From an uncultured archaeon (lineage in GTDB: Archaea > Nanobdellota > Nanobdellia > Woesearchaeales > CAIVOO01), in contig CAIVOO010000080.1 in NCBI GenBank assembly GCA_903907555.1, positions 1-49,353 of the forward strand: a stretch of 49,353 nucleotides of DNA, given 5' to 3'. Below the pieces are notes generated by a model. That model was not told where the DNA came from. It was given only the letters and a program-made list of their open reading frames with translations, and did not search any database. Of this stretch, positions 24,454 to 33,647 are shown one piece after another (the stretch's first letter is position 1; every line of letters starts with the position of its first letter). The position numbers were made by a program, and so were the translations under genes.

Positions 24454-24795
24454 ATGTTTCCAGGAGTAAATCCAAAACAGATGCAGCAGGCGATGAAGCG
24501 CATGGGTGTCCAGCAGACTGACATAGATGCTGTTGAAGTAATAATCAAGACTAAAGACAGCGAGCTTGTTTTCTCTAATCCGCAGGTTGCAAAAATTAAT
24601 ATGATGGGCCAGGAGTCATACCAGATTGTTGGGGAGCCTAAAGAACGCCCGCTTTCCTCAGAACCAGATATTTCTGAAGAAGACATTAAAACAGTCATGG
24701 AACAGGCAGGCGTTGGCAAGGAAAAGGCTGCAGCAGCCATAAAAAGGCATAAAGGGGACCTGGCAGAAGCCATTCTAGAACTAAGCGGGCAATAA
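24454..24795 (+). CDS. nac: Nascent polypeptide-associated complex protein (NAC)
   Basis: NPKQMQQAMKRMGV, a NAC beta-barrel core and a UBA-like tail (EKAAAAIKRHKGDLAEAILEL). Confidence 0.88.
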   Translation: MFPGVNPKQMQQAMKRMGVQQTDIDAVEVIIKTKDSELVFSNPQVAKINMMGQESYQIVGEPKERPLSSEPDISEEDIKTVMEQAGVGKEKAAAAIKRHKGDLAEAILELSGQ

Positions 24796-24849
24796 AGCCT
24801 TCTGTAATAGCAGAAAAGTTTAAAAGTACGCCGTCCTTTACTACTTTAT

Positions 24850-25347
24850 ATGGAGAAATTTCAGGAAGATAGGCTGCAGGCTCGAAAATACGTAAAGGCA
24901 GCAGACCACATGCTTACGCAGACTTACCTGCTTGTCAAGGACCCCAAGCTTCTTGTGGCTGTGACTGACAATCTTTTGCTTGCTTGCGAATCTGCAATGT
25001 CTTCAGTGCTTCATTATGACAGGATTTTCAAGAAAATCCCGCCGTTCCATGACAATTTCGAATCAAAATTCAACATGTTTAAAATGAAAACAGCGCCAAT
25101 GAACAAGCTTAATGAATATATTCTTTTGATAAATGAGCTTAAAACCCTCCAAGAAAAGCACAAGCAGAGCGCTGTGGAGTTTTCAAGAAAGGACAATTTT
25201 GTAATGGCTGATGACAACTACAATCTGCAGCTGATAACAAAGGAAAAAATACAGGATATCATGTCAAAAGTCAAGAATTTTTTGACAGAAGTTGAGAAGC
25301 TCACGTCAAAGGATGAAGGAATATTCAATTTAGCAAGCGAGATCTAA
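24850..25347 (+). CDS. Helical hypothetical protein (paralog A)
   Basis: 165 aa. Shares the K(A/R)ADH(M/L) box and overall layout with the next ORF. Confidence 0.6.
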   Translation: MEKFQEDRLQARKYVKAADHMLTQTYLLVKDPKLLVAVTDNLLLACESAMSSVLHYDRIFKKIPPFHDNFESKFNMFKMKTAPMNKLNEYILLINELKTLQEKHKQSAVEFSRKDNFVMADDNYNLQLITKEKIQDIMSKVKNFLTEVEKLTSKDEGIFNLASEI

Positions 25348-25814
25348 TGGAAGAGACATTCAACGAAGCGATTGAGGAACTGAAAAGGGCAGACCATCTC
25401 ATATTCGTAAGCCTGAAGTATACCAGGACAGTGGATGTCATAAAAAATGTCATTGAAAGGCTGATAAACTGCTTTGACTGCATAATCGGCGCTCTTCTGA
25501 AAAAGCAAATCAGCGATGAAAAGCTTGAGGAGATTCCATCAAGCGTTGTCGGCAGGGTGAATGAAATCAAAAAATTATACCCTGATGACAGGCAGATTAT
25601 TGAATGGCTGGATTTCTACATGGTCTTGAGAAGCATATCAAAAGCAAAATTCGACAGGTCAATGGAATACAGAAGGCATGTGACAATGACTGCCACGCTT
25701 GTAGACGGAACTGTGATGCAGGTTGACATTGACAGAATCCACGAATACTTTGACAAAACCAAAGAATTTATAGAATACGCAAGGAACATAATGTTCAAAA
25801 CAGAGCAATCATGA
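25347..25814 (+). CDS. Helical hypothetical protein (paralog B)
   Basis: 155 aa. Start overlaps the preceding stop, and the 3' end overlaps the minD-like gene by 4 nt. Confidence 0.6.
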   Translation: MEETFNEAIEELKRADHLIFVSLKYTRTVDVIKNVIERLINCFDCIIGALLKKQISDEKLEEIPSSVVGRVNEIKKLYPDDRQIIEWLDFYMVLRSISKAKFDRSMEYRRHVTMTATLVDGTVMQVDIDRIHEYFDKTKEFIEYARNIMFKTEQS

Positions 25815-26590
25815 CAAAATTCATTGCAATAGCATCAGGGAAGGGTGGTGTTGGAAAGACATCCACTGCAATAAATCTCGGAACAGCCCTCTCGCAGATG
25901 GGAAGGCATGTTGTCGTGATGGATGCAAATCTTACAACTCCGAATGTTGGCATTCATCTGGGAGTTTCAAAAGTTCCAGTAAGCCTCAATGATGTTTTAA
26001 GAGGAAAGAAAAGCATAAGCGATGCAGCTTATGAGCATTCTTCAGGATTGAAAATCATACCAGCAAGCATTTCAATGGAGGAGCTTGCGCACATAAATTA
26101 TGATAAACTTACAGATGCTGTACTGGATTTGGACGGCAAGACAGAGCTTGTGCTGATAGATGTTGCGGCAGGGCTTGGCAAGGAAGCTATTTCTGCAATA
26201 AAATCTGCGGATGAGATACTTGTTGTCGTAACCCCAGATATGCCTTCTGTCACAGATGCCTTGAAAACAATAAAGCTGGCGCATGATGTCGGGATAAAAA
26301 CTGCAGGCGTCATAATCAACAGGGTAAGGGATGACGGGCTTGAGCTTTCTGCAAAGAATGTGGAAGCACTGCTTGAGCGCCCAATCGTAGGCATTATACC
26401 AGAAGATGACAATATGAGAAAAGCTTTAAAGCAAAAGCATCCGATAGTATTTTCACATCCAGAATCAAAGGCATCTTTAGGCTATAAAAAAGTAGCTGCC
26501 TTGATGGTTGGAGCAAAATATGAACATTCTGCTTCAAAAAAACAGGAAAGTTTTTTCAACAGCCTGCTTAAGAAACTAGGACTAGCATAA
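25811..26590 (+). CDS. MinD/ParA-family P-loop ATPase
   Basis: Deviant Walker A in ASGKGGVGKTSTAINL. Confidence 0.88.
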   Translation: MTKFIAIASGKGGVGKTSTAINLGTALSQMGRHVVVMDANLTTPNVGIHLGVSKVPVSLNDVLRGKKSISDAAYEHSSGLKIIPASISMEELAHINYDKLTDAVLDLDGKTELVLIDVAAGLGKEAISAIKSADEILVVVTPDMPSVTDALKTIKLAHDVGIKTAGVIINRVRDDGLELSAKNVEALLERPIVGIIPEDDNMRKALKQKHPIVFSHPESKASLGYKKVAALMVGAKYEHSASKKQESFFNSLLKKLGLA

Positions 26591-26591
26591 T

Positions 26592-27128
26592 ATGCCAAAA
26601 CCGTTGGAACAAAAATTGAGGGAAAAGGGGTGGTCTGATGCTGATATTCAGCACGCTCTTTCTGTCCTTGGCGAAGGAAGCAACGTCGCAGAAATAAATG
26701 TTTATGCTAATAAAATAAATCCTGTGGTTTACTGGACCGCTTTGGTGATGGCAATCGCCGGAAACATATTCATAGCTGTCCTTCTCATACCATTCCTGCT
26801 TTTCCTGCAGAGCACACAGCTTTTCCTGCTGATGATTGTTTTGGGTATCAGCTTCGGCCTGCTGTTCAATTTCATATTGAAAGACATAGAGCTTGTAGAT
26901 CCTTCTCATCACATAATAGCAGAAGTGTTCATACCTGCATTGGGAATAATTACAATCTTCATAATGATTACAATTGCTAACCAATTAAGCTTCAGGGTAG
27001 ATAATCCAATCCACCAGAATCCTGTGTTAGTGAGCGTAATTTACATAGCAGCATTCATTCTGCCGTATGCAGTCTTCAGATTGTATGAGTTCTTTAAGGG
27101 AATAAAGATTTCGCATGTAGAAACGTAA
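26592..27128 (+). CDS. Integral membrane protein
   Basis: Four hydrophobic helices. Starts 2 nt after the minD-like stop. Confidence 0.6.
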   Translation: MPKPLEQKLREKGWSDADIQHALSVLGEGSNVAEINVYANKINPVVYWTALVMAIAGNIFIAVLLIPFLLFLQSTQLFLLMIVLGISFGLLFNFILKDIELVDPSHHIIAEVFIPALGIITIFIMITIANQLSFRVDNPIHQNPVLVSVIYIAAFILPYAVFRLYEFFKGIKISHVET

Positions 27129-27129
27129 A

Positions 27130-27279
27130 ATGTCAAGCAATACTTATGCGATTTATTTCATAATTATTGTAATAGTGCTTATATTCGTGTTAGCAGTTGC
27201 ATGGCTCTTACTAAGAAACAAGATGAAAAGGGATATTGAAGAGTCTCACAAGAGAATAAAGAAAGGCAGGGGAAAATAA
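27130..27279 (+). CDS. Small single-pass membrane protein (49 aa)
   Basis: MSSNTYAIYFIIIVIVLIFVLAVAWLLLRNKMKR... begins 2 nt after the previous stop. Below the track cut-off. Confidence 0.4.
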   Translation: MSSNTYAIYFIIIVIVLIFVLAVAWLLLRNKMKRDIEESHKRIKKGRGK

Positions 27280-27303
27280 TAGTTTTAGAGAAGCAGAAAT
27301 AGC

Positions 27304-27392
27304 ACGCCAGTGGTCTAACGGCATGATACGAGCTTCCCACGTAGAAACTACGGAAAGAGCTTGTGATCCGGGTTCAATTCCCGGCTGGCGTA
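27304..27392 (+). tRNA. tRNA-Gly(CCC) with an 18-nt canonical intron
   Basis: Acceptor ACGCCAG/CTGGCGT, anticodon stem CGAGC/GCTTG, loop TTCCCA-[CGTAGAAACTACGGAAAG]-A, T arm CCGGG-TTCAATT-CCCGG. Confidence 0.75.
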
Positions 27393-27402
27393 TTATAATA
27401 AT

Positions 27403-28131
27403 TTATTTCTTTCCTATCTTCCAAAGAAGATTGAACATATTTCTATATTCATCAGCTATCAAGTTGAGCCTTATCAGAATGGCTACTGGTGTTTCCATCC
27501 AGGCGACTATCGCCACATTATTTCCGTAAACATATGTTCCGACTGGAGTTGGCACTTCCTTATTGACAAATCTTTTTTCTGCGAGAGGTATTTTCTTTAT
27601 CTGCTTGCTGCTGCGCTCGCTTTCATTTATTATCATCCTGACTTTTATGTTTCTTTTCATGCGCTCGTTGTCAAAGTGCGGGAAGTAATGCTTGAGTATT
27701 TCATTGACATCTGCGCTGCCTGCAAATATCAGTATTTCCTTGCCGACTCTCAGCTGGTCGTCGAATACTGATTTGAGCGCCTGCTTTCCCCTGTAGAATA
27801 TTGTTTCATTCTTCTCTTTTGCCAAGAGCGAAAGGTTGTGCAGCCCTTGTAGCTCAGGCATTATCATCTTGATGTTGTCTTCCTGCTCATGCAGAATGTC
27901 AATCAGCCTGCTAGGCTCTACTGCCTCAAAATATTTCCTGTTGTTTGTTTTGATGTACGATACAAGCCCTTTCTGGATTAGCCGTTCAAGAGCATCATAG
28001 ACTGTTCTCCTGTGTATGCCTGTGTTTCTTGTAATCAAGCCTGCCAATGAAGCTCCCTCTTTCAGCAAATACTGGTATATTTTGGACTCTGCGTTCGTCA
28101 GGCCCATGTTTTCTAGGAATTTTGTGTTCAT
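27403..28131 (-). CDS. TrmB-family transcriptional regulator
   Basis: The N-terminal wHTH LGLTNAESKIYQYLLKEGASLAGLITRNTGIHRRTVYDALERLIQKGLV is the typical TrmB signature. Confidence 0.85.
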   Translation of the reverse strand: MNTKFLENMGLTNAESKIYQYLLKEGASLAGLITRNTGIHRRTVYDALERLIQKGLVSYIKTNNRKYFEAVEPSRLIDILHEQEDNIKMIMPELQGLHNLSLLAKEKNETIFYRGKQALKSVFDDQLRVGKEILIFAGSADVNEILKHYFPHFDNERMKRNIKVRMIINESERSSKQIKKIPLAEKRFVNKEVPTPVGTYVYGNNVAIVAWMETPVAILIRLNLIADEYRNMFNLLWKIGKK

Positions 28132-28163
28132 GAATCAAAAGAATACTATTTTATTTATATAAT

Positions 28164-28187
28164 TTGTGGTGAAATATATCACCACAA
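28164..28187. promoter_or_regulatory. Inverted repeat in a divergent promoter (candidate TrmB operator)
   Basis: TTGTGGTGA-aatata-TCACCACAA has perfect 9-bp arms and lies adjacent to a TTTATTTATATAA TATA-like stretch. Confidence 0.5.
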
Positions 28188-28232
28188 TAATATTAATACA
28201 AATTTCTTCTTATTATGCTTCAGGTGATAAAA

Positions 28233-29186
28233 ATGACACAAGAAATTTTAGGAGTAAAAGAATATGCAGGAATGAAGGAAAGCAGGATGGATTATGAGCG
28301 GGCAAAGCAGAATGCGCCTTTGCTGAAAAGCGAAATAATCGAGCCTTTTGAGCAGATGCTCAGGACGCATTATGCGAACGCGACAGGATTTGATGAATAC
28401 AGCCTGCCTTTCGCAATAACAAAGATTGGGCTCTCGCTAGGAGACGGGATAGGATTTGATCTTAGGGGGGAGACAAGGACAAAGAAGCCAGCTTACAAGG
28501 AAATTGTAAAGGACATGGAAGGCTATATCGAAGGAATAAACTTCCTTTTGTCAAGAGGCAGGACAATAACAGGAGTGATGAAGCACAACAACAAGCCTTT
28601 TGTGAATGTTGAAAAATTAAGGGATGACTATGATGTGAAAGTTGCAGCTCACATAAGCCCTGAGTTCAAGTTTACAATTGACTACAGATTCCAGCCAGAT
28701 GAAACTTCAAGCATTCTAGTTCCTACAAGAATGGGGCTTGATGCGAGAACTGCAGTGCTTTATGCAAATGCAGTTTCAATGTACGATTCGATGGCCAGAT
28801 TGCAGAAGTCTTTTGAACAGGATTCAAACGATGAGCAGTTTGCAATGGGCGAGCCAGTAAGAGTCACAAAAAAGAAAGCGTATGATGCTTCTGAAAAGAC
28901 AAGGGAAGGTCCAAGATGGAGCTATGTAGTCCAGACTTTGGTGACTGTTCCTGTGAAAAATGCTCCTACTGGAGAGCTTGATGATCTGCTAAATGCAGAA
29001 GGATCAATACACAAACTGCGAAGAGATTTTTCGCAATACAAGCTGATGGAGCATCCTGACAGGGCAGAGGTTTTTGTATCACTGAAAAGCGTTTACGACA
29101 GGATACAAGGACTGAAGAATTCAGACTCTGTTTCAGCAACAGTAATTTCTGTAGCTCAGCAGGAAGTCTTGCCAGAGAACCAGTAA
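28233..29186 (+). CDS. Hypothetical protein (~317 aa)
   Basis: The track start is 28215, but CAGGTGATAAAA precedes ATG 28233. No motif was recognised. Confidence 0.65.
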   Translation: MTQEILGVKEYAGMKESRMDYERAKQNAPLLKSEIIEPFEQMLRTHYANATGFDEYSLPFAITKIGLSLGDGIGFDLRGETRTKKPAYKEIVKDMEGYIEGINFLLSRGRTITGVMKHNNKPFVNVEKLRDDYDVKVAAHISPEFKFTIDYRFQPDETSSILVPTRMGLDARTAVLYANAVSMYDSMARLQKSFEQDSNDEQFAMGEPVRVTKKKAYDASEKTREGPRWSYVVQTLVTVPVKNAPTGELDDLLNAEGSIHKLRRDFSQYKLMEHPDRAEVFVSLKSVYDRIQGLKNSDSVSATVISVAQQEVLPENQ

Positions 29187-29220
29187 ATATTTTTTTATTT
29201 TTTACTTTTTCATGTTCGCG

Positions 29221-29322
29221 GTACAAAAAAATCTCGAAGATATTTTTTGTACAAGAAACGCCATGCGTTTCTTTGTATCTAATCTGGGATAAGTCTCACG
29301 CTAGTGAGACTACGCTCTCCCA
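29221..29322. other. Three consecutive hairpins in a convergent intergenic region
   Basis: gtacaaaaaa/ttttttgtac (29221-29252), acaagaaacg...cgtttctttgt (29251-29276), and ctggga-taa-gtctcac-gcta-gtgagac-tacgctc-tcccag (29284-29322). Confidence 0.35.
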
Positions 29323-29389
29323 GACTCACATTTTATTTAGAAATGTTTCTTATGAATAATAGAAAAATGAAGAAGAAATAAAATAAAAA

Positions 29390-29680
29390 TTAAGAAGCTT
29401 CCATATCTTCAGGCTTCTCTTCAATCTGTGATGGTATTGCTGTCTTTGAAATCAGCATCACATCGCCGAATGACTTGACAAGGTTCTGCGGAACAATAAC
29501 GCCCTTTGCGCTTCCCAAGACCTTTTCTAGATAAGAATTCCTTGTAGCCCTGACTCTCCAGCCGTAAACTTTTGTTTTTGTGAGAATTGCTTCCTCAACC
29601 TCGCCGAAGTAATCACCATTGTCGGTAAAAACCTTCATGCCGACTGTTTCCGAAACCCTCTTCATCTTAAGCATTTTCAC
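29390..29680 (-). CDS. PRC-barrel domain protein
   Basis: A 96-aa protein with the G.KV....G...G.V.D pattern (GMKVFTDNGDYFGEVEEAIL). Confidence 0.6.
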   Translation of the reverse strand: MKMLKMKRVSETVGMKVFTDNGDYFGEVEEAILTKTKVYGWRVRATRNSYLEKVLGSAKGVIVPQNLVKSFGDVMLISKTAIPSQIEEKPEDMEAS

Positions 29681-29806
29681 ACCTCATAATTTTTTTATTG
29701 AATAATAGCAAATCTTATCAGTTGCTTCTTGATTTATATAGTTTTCGGTTTAAATCGAGAATAATCATCAGCTAACTTTATAAATAAAGAGTATGGTATT
29801 AATGTC

Positions 29807-30496
29807 ATGCAGTACAAGAACCTTACAATAATAGGAACAAGCCACATATCGAAGCAGAGCGTTAACGAAGTAAAGCGAGTTATTTCAGAGAAAAAGCCTG
29901 CTGTTGTTGCTATAGAATTGGACAGAAATAGGTATGCGGGGCTTGTCAGCGGTGAAGAATCAAGAATTACTTTCAGTGATATAAGGCATATCGGGTTAAA
30001 AGGCTATATTTTTGCATTGATTGGCGCATATGTTGAGAAAAAACTTGGTAATATAGTTAATGTTAAGCCAGGAGCTGACATGCTTTCTGCTGCCCAGGCA
30101 GCTCAAGAGAATAATGCAAGGGTTGCGTTGATAGATCAGGACATTGCAATAACGCTTCAGAAGTTTTCCAAGCGTTTCACCTGGCGCGAAAAATGGAATT
30201 TCTTTGTAGATTTTGTTTACAGCTTCTTATTCAGGAAGAAAGCAATGAAAAGATTCGGGATTTCCAACCTGGATTTGTCGAAAGTTCCTGAAAAAGAAGT
30301 TATTAGGAAGATGATTGGATATGTCCAGATGAGATATCCTAACTTATACTTTGTTCTGATACAGGAAAGAAACTACATAATGGCTGCAAGACTGCACAAG
30401 ATAATGGAAATGTATCCTGAAAATGAGATAGTGGCTGTGGTCGGTGCAGGGCACGAAGAGGAGATCGTCGAACTTCTAAAATCCAAAGATATATAA
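29807..30496 (+). CDS. TraB/PrgY-family protein
   Basis: IIGTSHISKQSVNEV, VAIELD and the C-terminal VGAGHEEEI. Confidence 0.75.
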   Translation: MQYKNLTIIGTSHISKQSVNEVKRVISEKKPAVVAIELDRNRYAGLVSGEESRITFSDIRHIGLKGYIFALIGAYVEKKLGNIVNVKPGADMLSAAQAAQENNARVALIDQDIAITLQKFSKRFTWREKWNFFVDFVYSFLFRKKAMKRFGISNLDLSKVPEKEVIRKMIGYVQMRYPNLYFVLIQERNYIMAARLHKIMEMYPENEIVAVVGAGHEEEIVELLKSKDI

Positions 30497-30520
30497 ATTG
30501 AAAGTGCATTAAAAGGAGGC

Positions 30521-31255
30521 ATGGCTGGTTATTGGTATGCTGTAAAGAGGTATTTCAGATTTAATCCTGATGAGATTAAGGGACTTATAATCACAACCCT
30601 GATTTTTGGTTTCATGCTTTCTTTCAGGGAATGGGGCACTGAGCAGTTCCAGCTTTCTACAGGCTTGATAAATTTTGTAAATGCAACTCTTGTTGCAGGG
30701 CTTGCCCTTCTTTTCAGGGAAAGCATAAAAAGGATGTTTGCAATAAAAAAAGGTTATTACCTTGAATACAAAGTCTGGATTTACGGCATACTGTTTGCAT
30801 TAATACTTGCTTTTGTAACGAGAGGATATGTTGTTATTCTGCTGCCAGGAGCTGTAATACTTTATCACGAAGCAGGGCTTAGGATTGGAAGATTCAGGTA
30901 CTGGACAAATACATTCGACATATTCTTAGTTTCAATTATGGGTCCTGCAGCGAACATTGTGCTGGCTGCGATATTCAAATATTTATCTTACATCTGGCCT
31001 GCAAATCCATTGATAGCAAAAGCAATCACAGTCAATCTTTTGATGGCGGTATTTTCAGGACTGCCAATACCATATACAGACGGAGGAAATGCATTCTACG
31101 GAAATAGGTCATTATGGGCGCTTGCCTATGGAACAATAATATTCTCGGCAATACTGCTTTATTTCTTGAGTTCAGTTTTTTGGGCAATACTTGCAGGAGT
31201 AGTAATGGGATTCGTCTGCCTGATATTCTGGTTCATGTATGTTGATAAGCTATAG
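30521..31255 (+). CDS. Integral membrane protein
   Basis: About 7 hydrophobic helices. Confidence 0.6.
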   Translation: MAGYWYAVKRYFRFNPDEIKGLIITTLIFGFMLSFREWGTEQFQLSTGLINFVNATLVAGLALLFRESIKRMFAIKKGYYLEYKVWIYGILFALILAFVTRGYVVILLPGAVILYHEAGLRIGRFRYWTNTFDIFLVSIMGPAANIVLAAIFKYLSYIWPANPLIAKAITVNLLMAVFSGLPIPYTDGGNAFYGNRSLWALAYGTIIFSAILLYFLSSVFWAILAGVVMGFVCLIFWFMYVDKL

Positions 31256-31519
31256 AAAACTAAAAAATCCTTTCTGTACAAGATACGCTGCTAGAATGTA
31301 TGCAAGAAAGTGATGCAGACCGAACATCATGAAGAGTATGTAAACTGCGCAGGCGCCATCTATGAGACTAAGCATGCTTTCCCTGAACATGTAAGCCTTG
31401 GCTGCAAGGTATGCCATGGCTGCGAATGCGAAATTCCAGGCTATCAAATCGAACTGGAGCAGCACTATTCCTATAGCACATAAAAGGTCCATTATTCCGA
31501 AAAATTTAACTAGCATCAA
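31250..31519 (-). CDS. Small membrane protein
   Basis: Three hydrophobic helices in 89 aa. Confidence 0.5.
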   Translation of the reverse strand: MMLVKFFGIMDLLCAIGIVLLQFDLIAWNFAFAAMAYLAAKAYMFRESMLSLIDGACAVYILFMMFGLHHFLAYILAAYLVQKGFFSFL

Positions 31520-31548
31520 GCCTTCCCTCTGATAAAGATTAATAAAAC

Positions 31549-31881
31549 TTGCGTAAAATGAGCCGAAAAAACGGAGCTTGGTGGGGAGAATGGGTTGAGT
31601 CGTTCTTTGTAGTGCTTCTTATCATCGGATTCCTTATAGCGGTGTTTGCGCAAAGTGTGCTGCTGAATTACGTCATAATATTCCTTTGCGGGCTGTTTGT
31701 CGGCAGGCTGATGTATGAAGAGAAGAAGACTTTCAAGTTTCCAATCTATCTGATAATTGCAGGATTCTTGTTCGGTTACATAATTGGAAGTTATTATTCA
31801 GATTGGAAAATGATAATTCTAATATTTGTTGTTGGAGCAATCATCAGCTATTACATACATTACAAGAAATATCTGAAATAA
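31549..31881 (+). CDS. Small membrane protein
   Basis: Three hydrophobic helices in 110 aa. Confidence 0.5.
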   Translation: MRKMSRKNGAWWGEWVESFFVVLLIIGFLIAVFAQSVLLNYVIIFLCGLFVGRLMYEEKKTFKFPIYLIIAGFLFGYIIGSYYSDWKMIILIFVVGAIISYYIHYKKYLK

Positions 31882-31920
31882 TCCACAACATTTAAAAACA
31901 AAACTGCTCGCATCTCTAGT

Positions 31921-32226
31921 ATGTTTTGTCCGAAATGCAAATCAATCCTCCGCCCGATGAAGGACGGAAACAAGAAATTCATGGGATGCAGCTGCGGCTA
32001 TAAGGAAAATTCTGGAGGAAGCTTCAAGGAAGAGATAAAGAAAGAGAATAAGATTGAAGTTGTCAGGGAAGATGTCGAGACTCTTCCGTTAGTGGATGCG
32101 CAGTGCCCTGAATGCAGGCATGAGAAAGCATATTTCTGGAGCATACAGACAAGGGCATCAGACGAACCAGAGACAAGATTCTTTAGATGTGAGAAGTGCA
32201 GGCATACGTGGAAGGAATACACATAA
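31921..32226 (+). CDS. tfs: Transcription factor S (TFS/RpoM family)
   Basis: N-terminal CPKC...CSC ribbon and C-terminal CPECRHEKAYFWSIQTRASDEPETRFFRCEKCRHTW. Confidence 0.9.
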   Translation: MFCPKCKSILRPMKDGNKKFMGCSCGYKENSGGSFKEEIKKENKIEVVREDVETLPLVDAQCPECRHEKAYFWSIQTRASDEPETRFFRCEKCRHTWKEYT

Positions 32227-32447
32227 AAAACAATCTTCTGAAAATAATTGTCAAGCCAAACTCTTCTAAGAATGAAATTCTTGGCTTTGATGAGAATAAG
32301 CAGGCTTTGAAGGTTGCTATCTGCGAGCCTGCTGACAAGGATAAGGCGAACAAGGAAGTGATAAGATTCTTTTCAAAGCTTCTAAAAAAGAAAGTCAGAA
32401 TAAAATCTGGATTGAGAAGCCATGAAAAGATTTTAGAAATTACTTAA
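32196..32447 (+). CDS. DUF167 (YggU-like) protein
   Basis: LKIIVKPNSSKNEILG...LKVAICEPADKDKANKEVIRFFSKLL...IKSGLRSHEKILEI. The start is uncertain because it overlaps the tfs 3' end. Confidence 0.7.
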   Translation: MQAYVEGIHIKNNLLKIIVKPNSSKNEILGFDENKQALKVAICEPADKDKANKEVIRFFSKLLKKKVRIKSGLRSHEKILEIT

Positions 32448-33512
32448 CTACATATTCTTGTATGTTTCAACTTCTTTCTCTAAAATAACTAATTCAACTC
32501 CTGCTTTCTTGAACATCTCGATGCTTTCCTGCGCAGCGTGGTACATCTTATGCGCAACAACCCTTTTTATTCCTGTGCTTATTATCATCATTGCGCAAAC
32601 CCTGCACGGCGCCATTTTGCAGTATACTGTACCGCCTTGAATGCTTATTCCATTTTTTGCTGCCTGCAGCATTGCATTCTGCTCTGCGTGTATTGTTCTC
32701 ATGCAGTGCTGCCTTACTGTGCCGTCATCATCAATCACTTTTTTCATGAGATGCCCGACTTCGTCGCAGTGCGGCAGTCCTGGAGGCGAGCCTACATAGC
32801 CTGTGCATAGTATTCTTTTGTCTTTCACAATTAATGCCCCGCTTCTTCCCCTGTCGCAGCTTCCTCTCTTGCCGATTTCATTCATTATGTTGATAAAGTA
32901 TTCGTCCCAGCTCGGTCTTTTGTAAGTAGATGGTGTTTCTACTGTCTGCACTGGCGGTTTTGTCTTGATTTTCAAATCAGCAACCATCTTGTCAACTTTT
33001 TTCATCAGAGTGTAAACATCAGAATCGTTCATAAGAACTATGCTTGCCATGCTCATGCATTCGCCGATTCTCTGCCCTGAGCCTGTCTGCCCTGTCATTT
33101 CAAGTTCTTCCATCGCCTTGAATTCTTCAATCGTCTGAGGGTCTTCTTCCCTTTCTCTCTTTTTCATCCGCAGAAATCTGACTTCAAGCGGAGCATCAAC
33201 CTTTACTAAATGGAAATCATATTTTTTCTTTAGCGCATTGACTTCATCAGGATGCCTTATTGATGTAATGACATAATCTTTGCCTACAATTAATTTCTTC
33301 AGGACTCTTTCAGCAAGCACTGAATTGCCATGTTTCTCTCTTAACTCATTGCCTATCTTCTGAAGGTTTTCCCTTGTGACTTTCTTCTTTTTTGCCTTCA
33401 AGTCCTCTCTTAGAATGTCAGAAAGCGATATGTGCATGAAACCTTTCTCTTTTAGGTAATCGCCAACAGTATCCTTCCCCCCGCAAAAACTTCCTGTCAA
33501 ACCTATAATCAT
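32448..33512 (-). CDS. Fusion protein: N-terminal P-loop nucleotide kinase-like domain plus C-terminal dCMP deaminase
   Basis: GLTGSFCGGKDT P-loop at the N-terminus. HAEQNAMLQAA and PCRVCAMMI zinc motifs in the C-terminal ~150 aa. Confidence 0.8.
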   Translation of the reverse strand: MIIGLTGSFCGGKDTVGDYLKEKGFMHISLSDILREDLKAKKKKVTRENLQKIGNELREKHGNSVLAERVLKKLIVGKDYVITSIRHPDEVNALKKKYDFHLVKVDAPLEVRFLRMKKREREEDPQTIEEFKAMEELEMTGQTGSGQRIGECMSMASIVLMNDSDVYTLMKKVDKMVADLKIKTKPPVQTVETPSTYKRPSWDEYFINIMNEIGKRGSCDRGRSGALIVKDKRILCTGYVGSPPGLPHCDEVGHLMKKVIDDDGTVRQHCMRTIHAEQNAMLQAAKNGISIQGGTVYCKMAPCRVCAMMIISTGIKRVVAHKMYHAAQESIEMFKKAGVELVILEKEVETYKNM

Positions 33513-33647
33513 GCAGGGAAATAATGAATGAGTCTTTAAATTCTTTACTATTTTCGAGTAGATATATTTCGGAATAATTACGATGCAGGATATAAATCGT
33601 TAAAAAGCCTTCAAATATTCTTTTACGCAGTTTATAGGGGTGAAAAG

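Noticed and set aside
24315-24773. A 152-aa minus-strand ORF antisense to the NAC gene
   Set aside because: It fully overlaps a confidently identified NAC gene, and its Ser/Cys/Met-rich composition is typical of antisense frames.
26568-26984. A 138-aa Cys/His/Tyr/Gln-rich minus-strand ORF
   Set aside because: It is antisense to a well-supported, translationally coupled membrane-protein gene, and its odd composition reflects the complement of hydrophobic codons.
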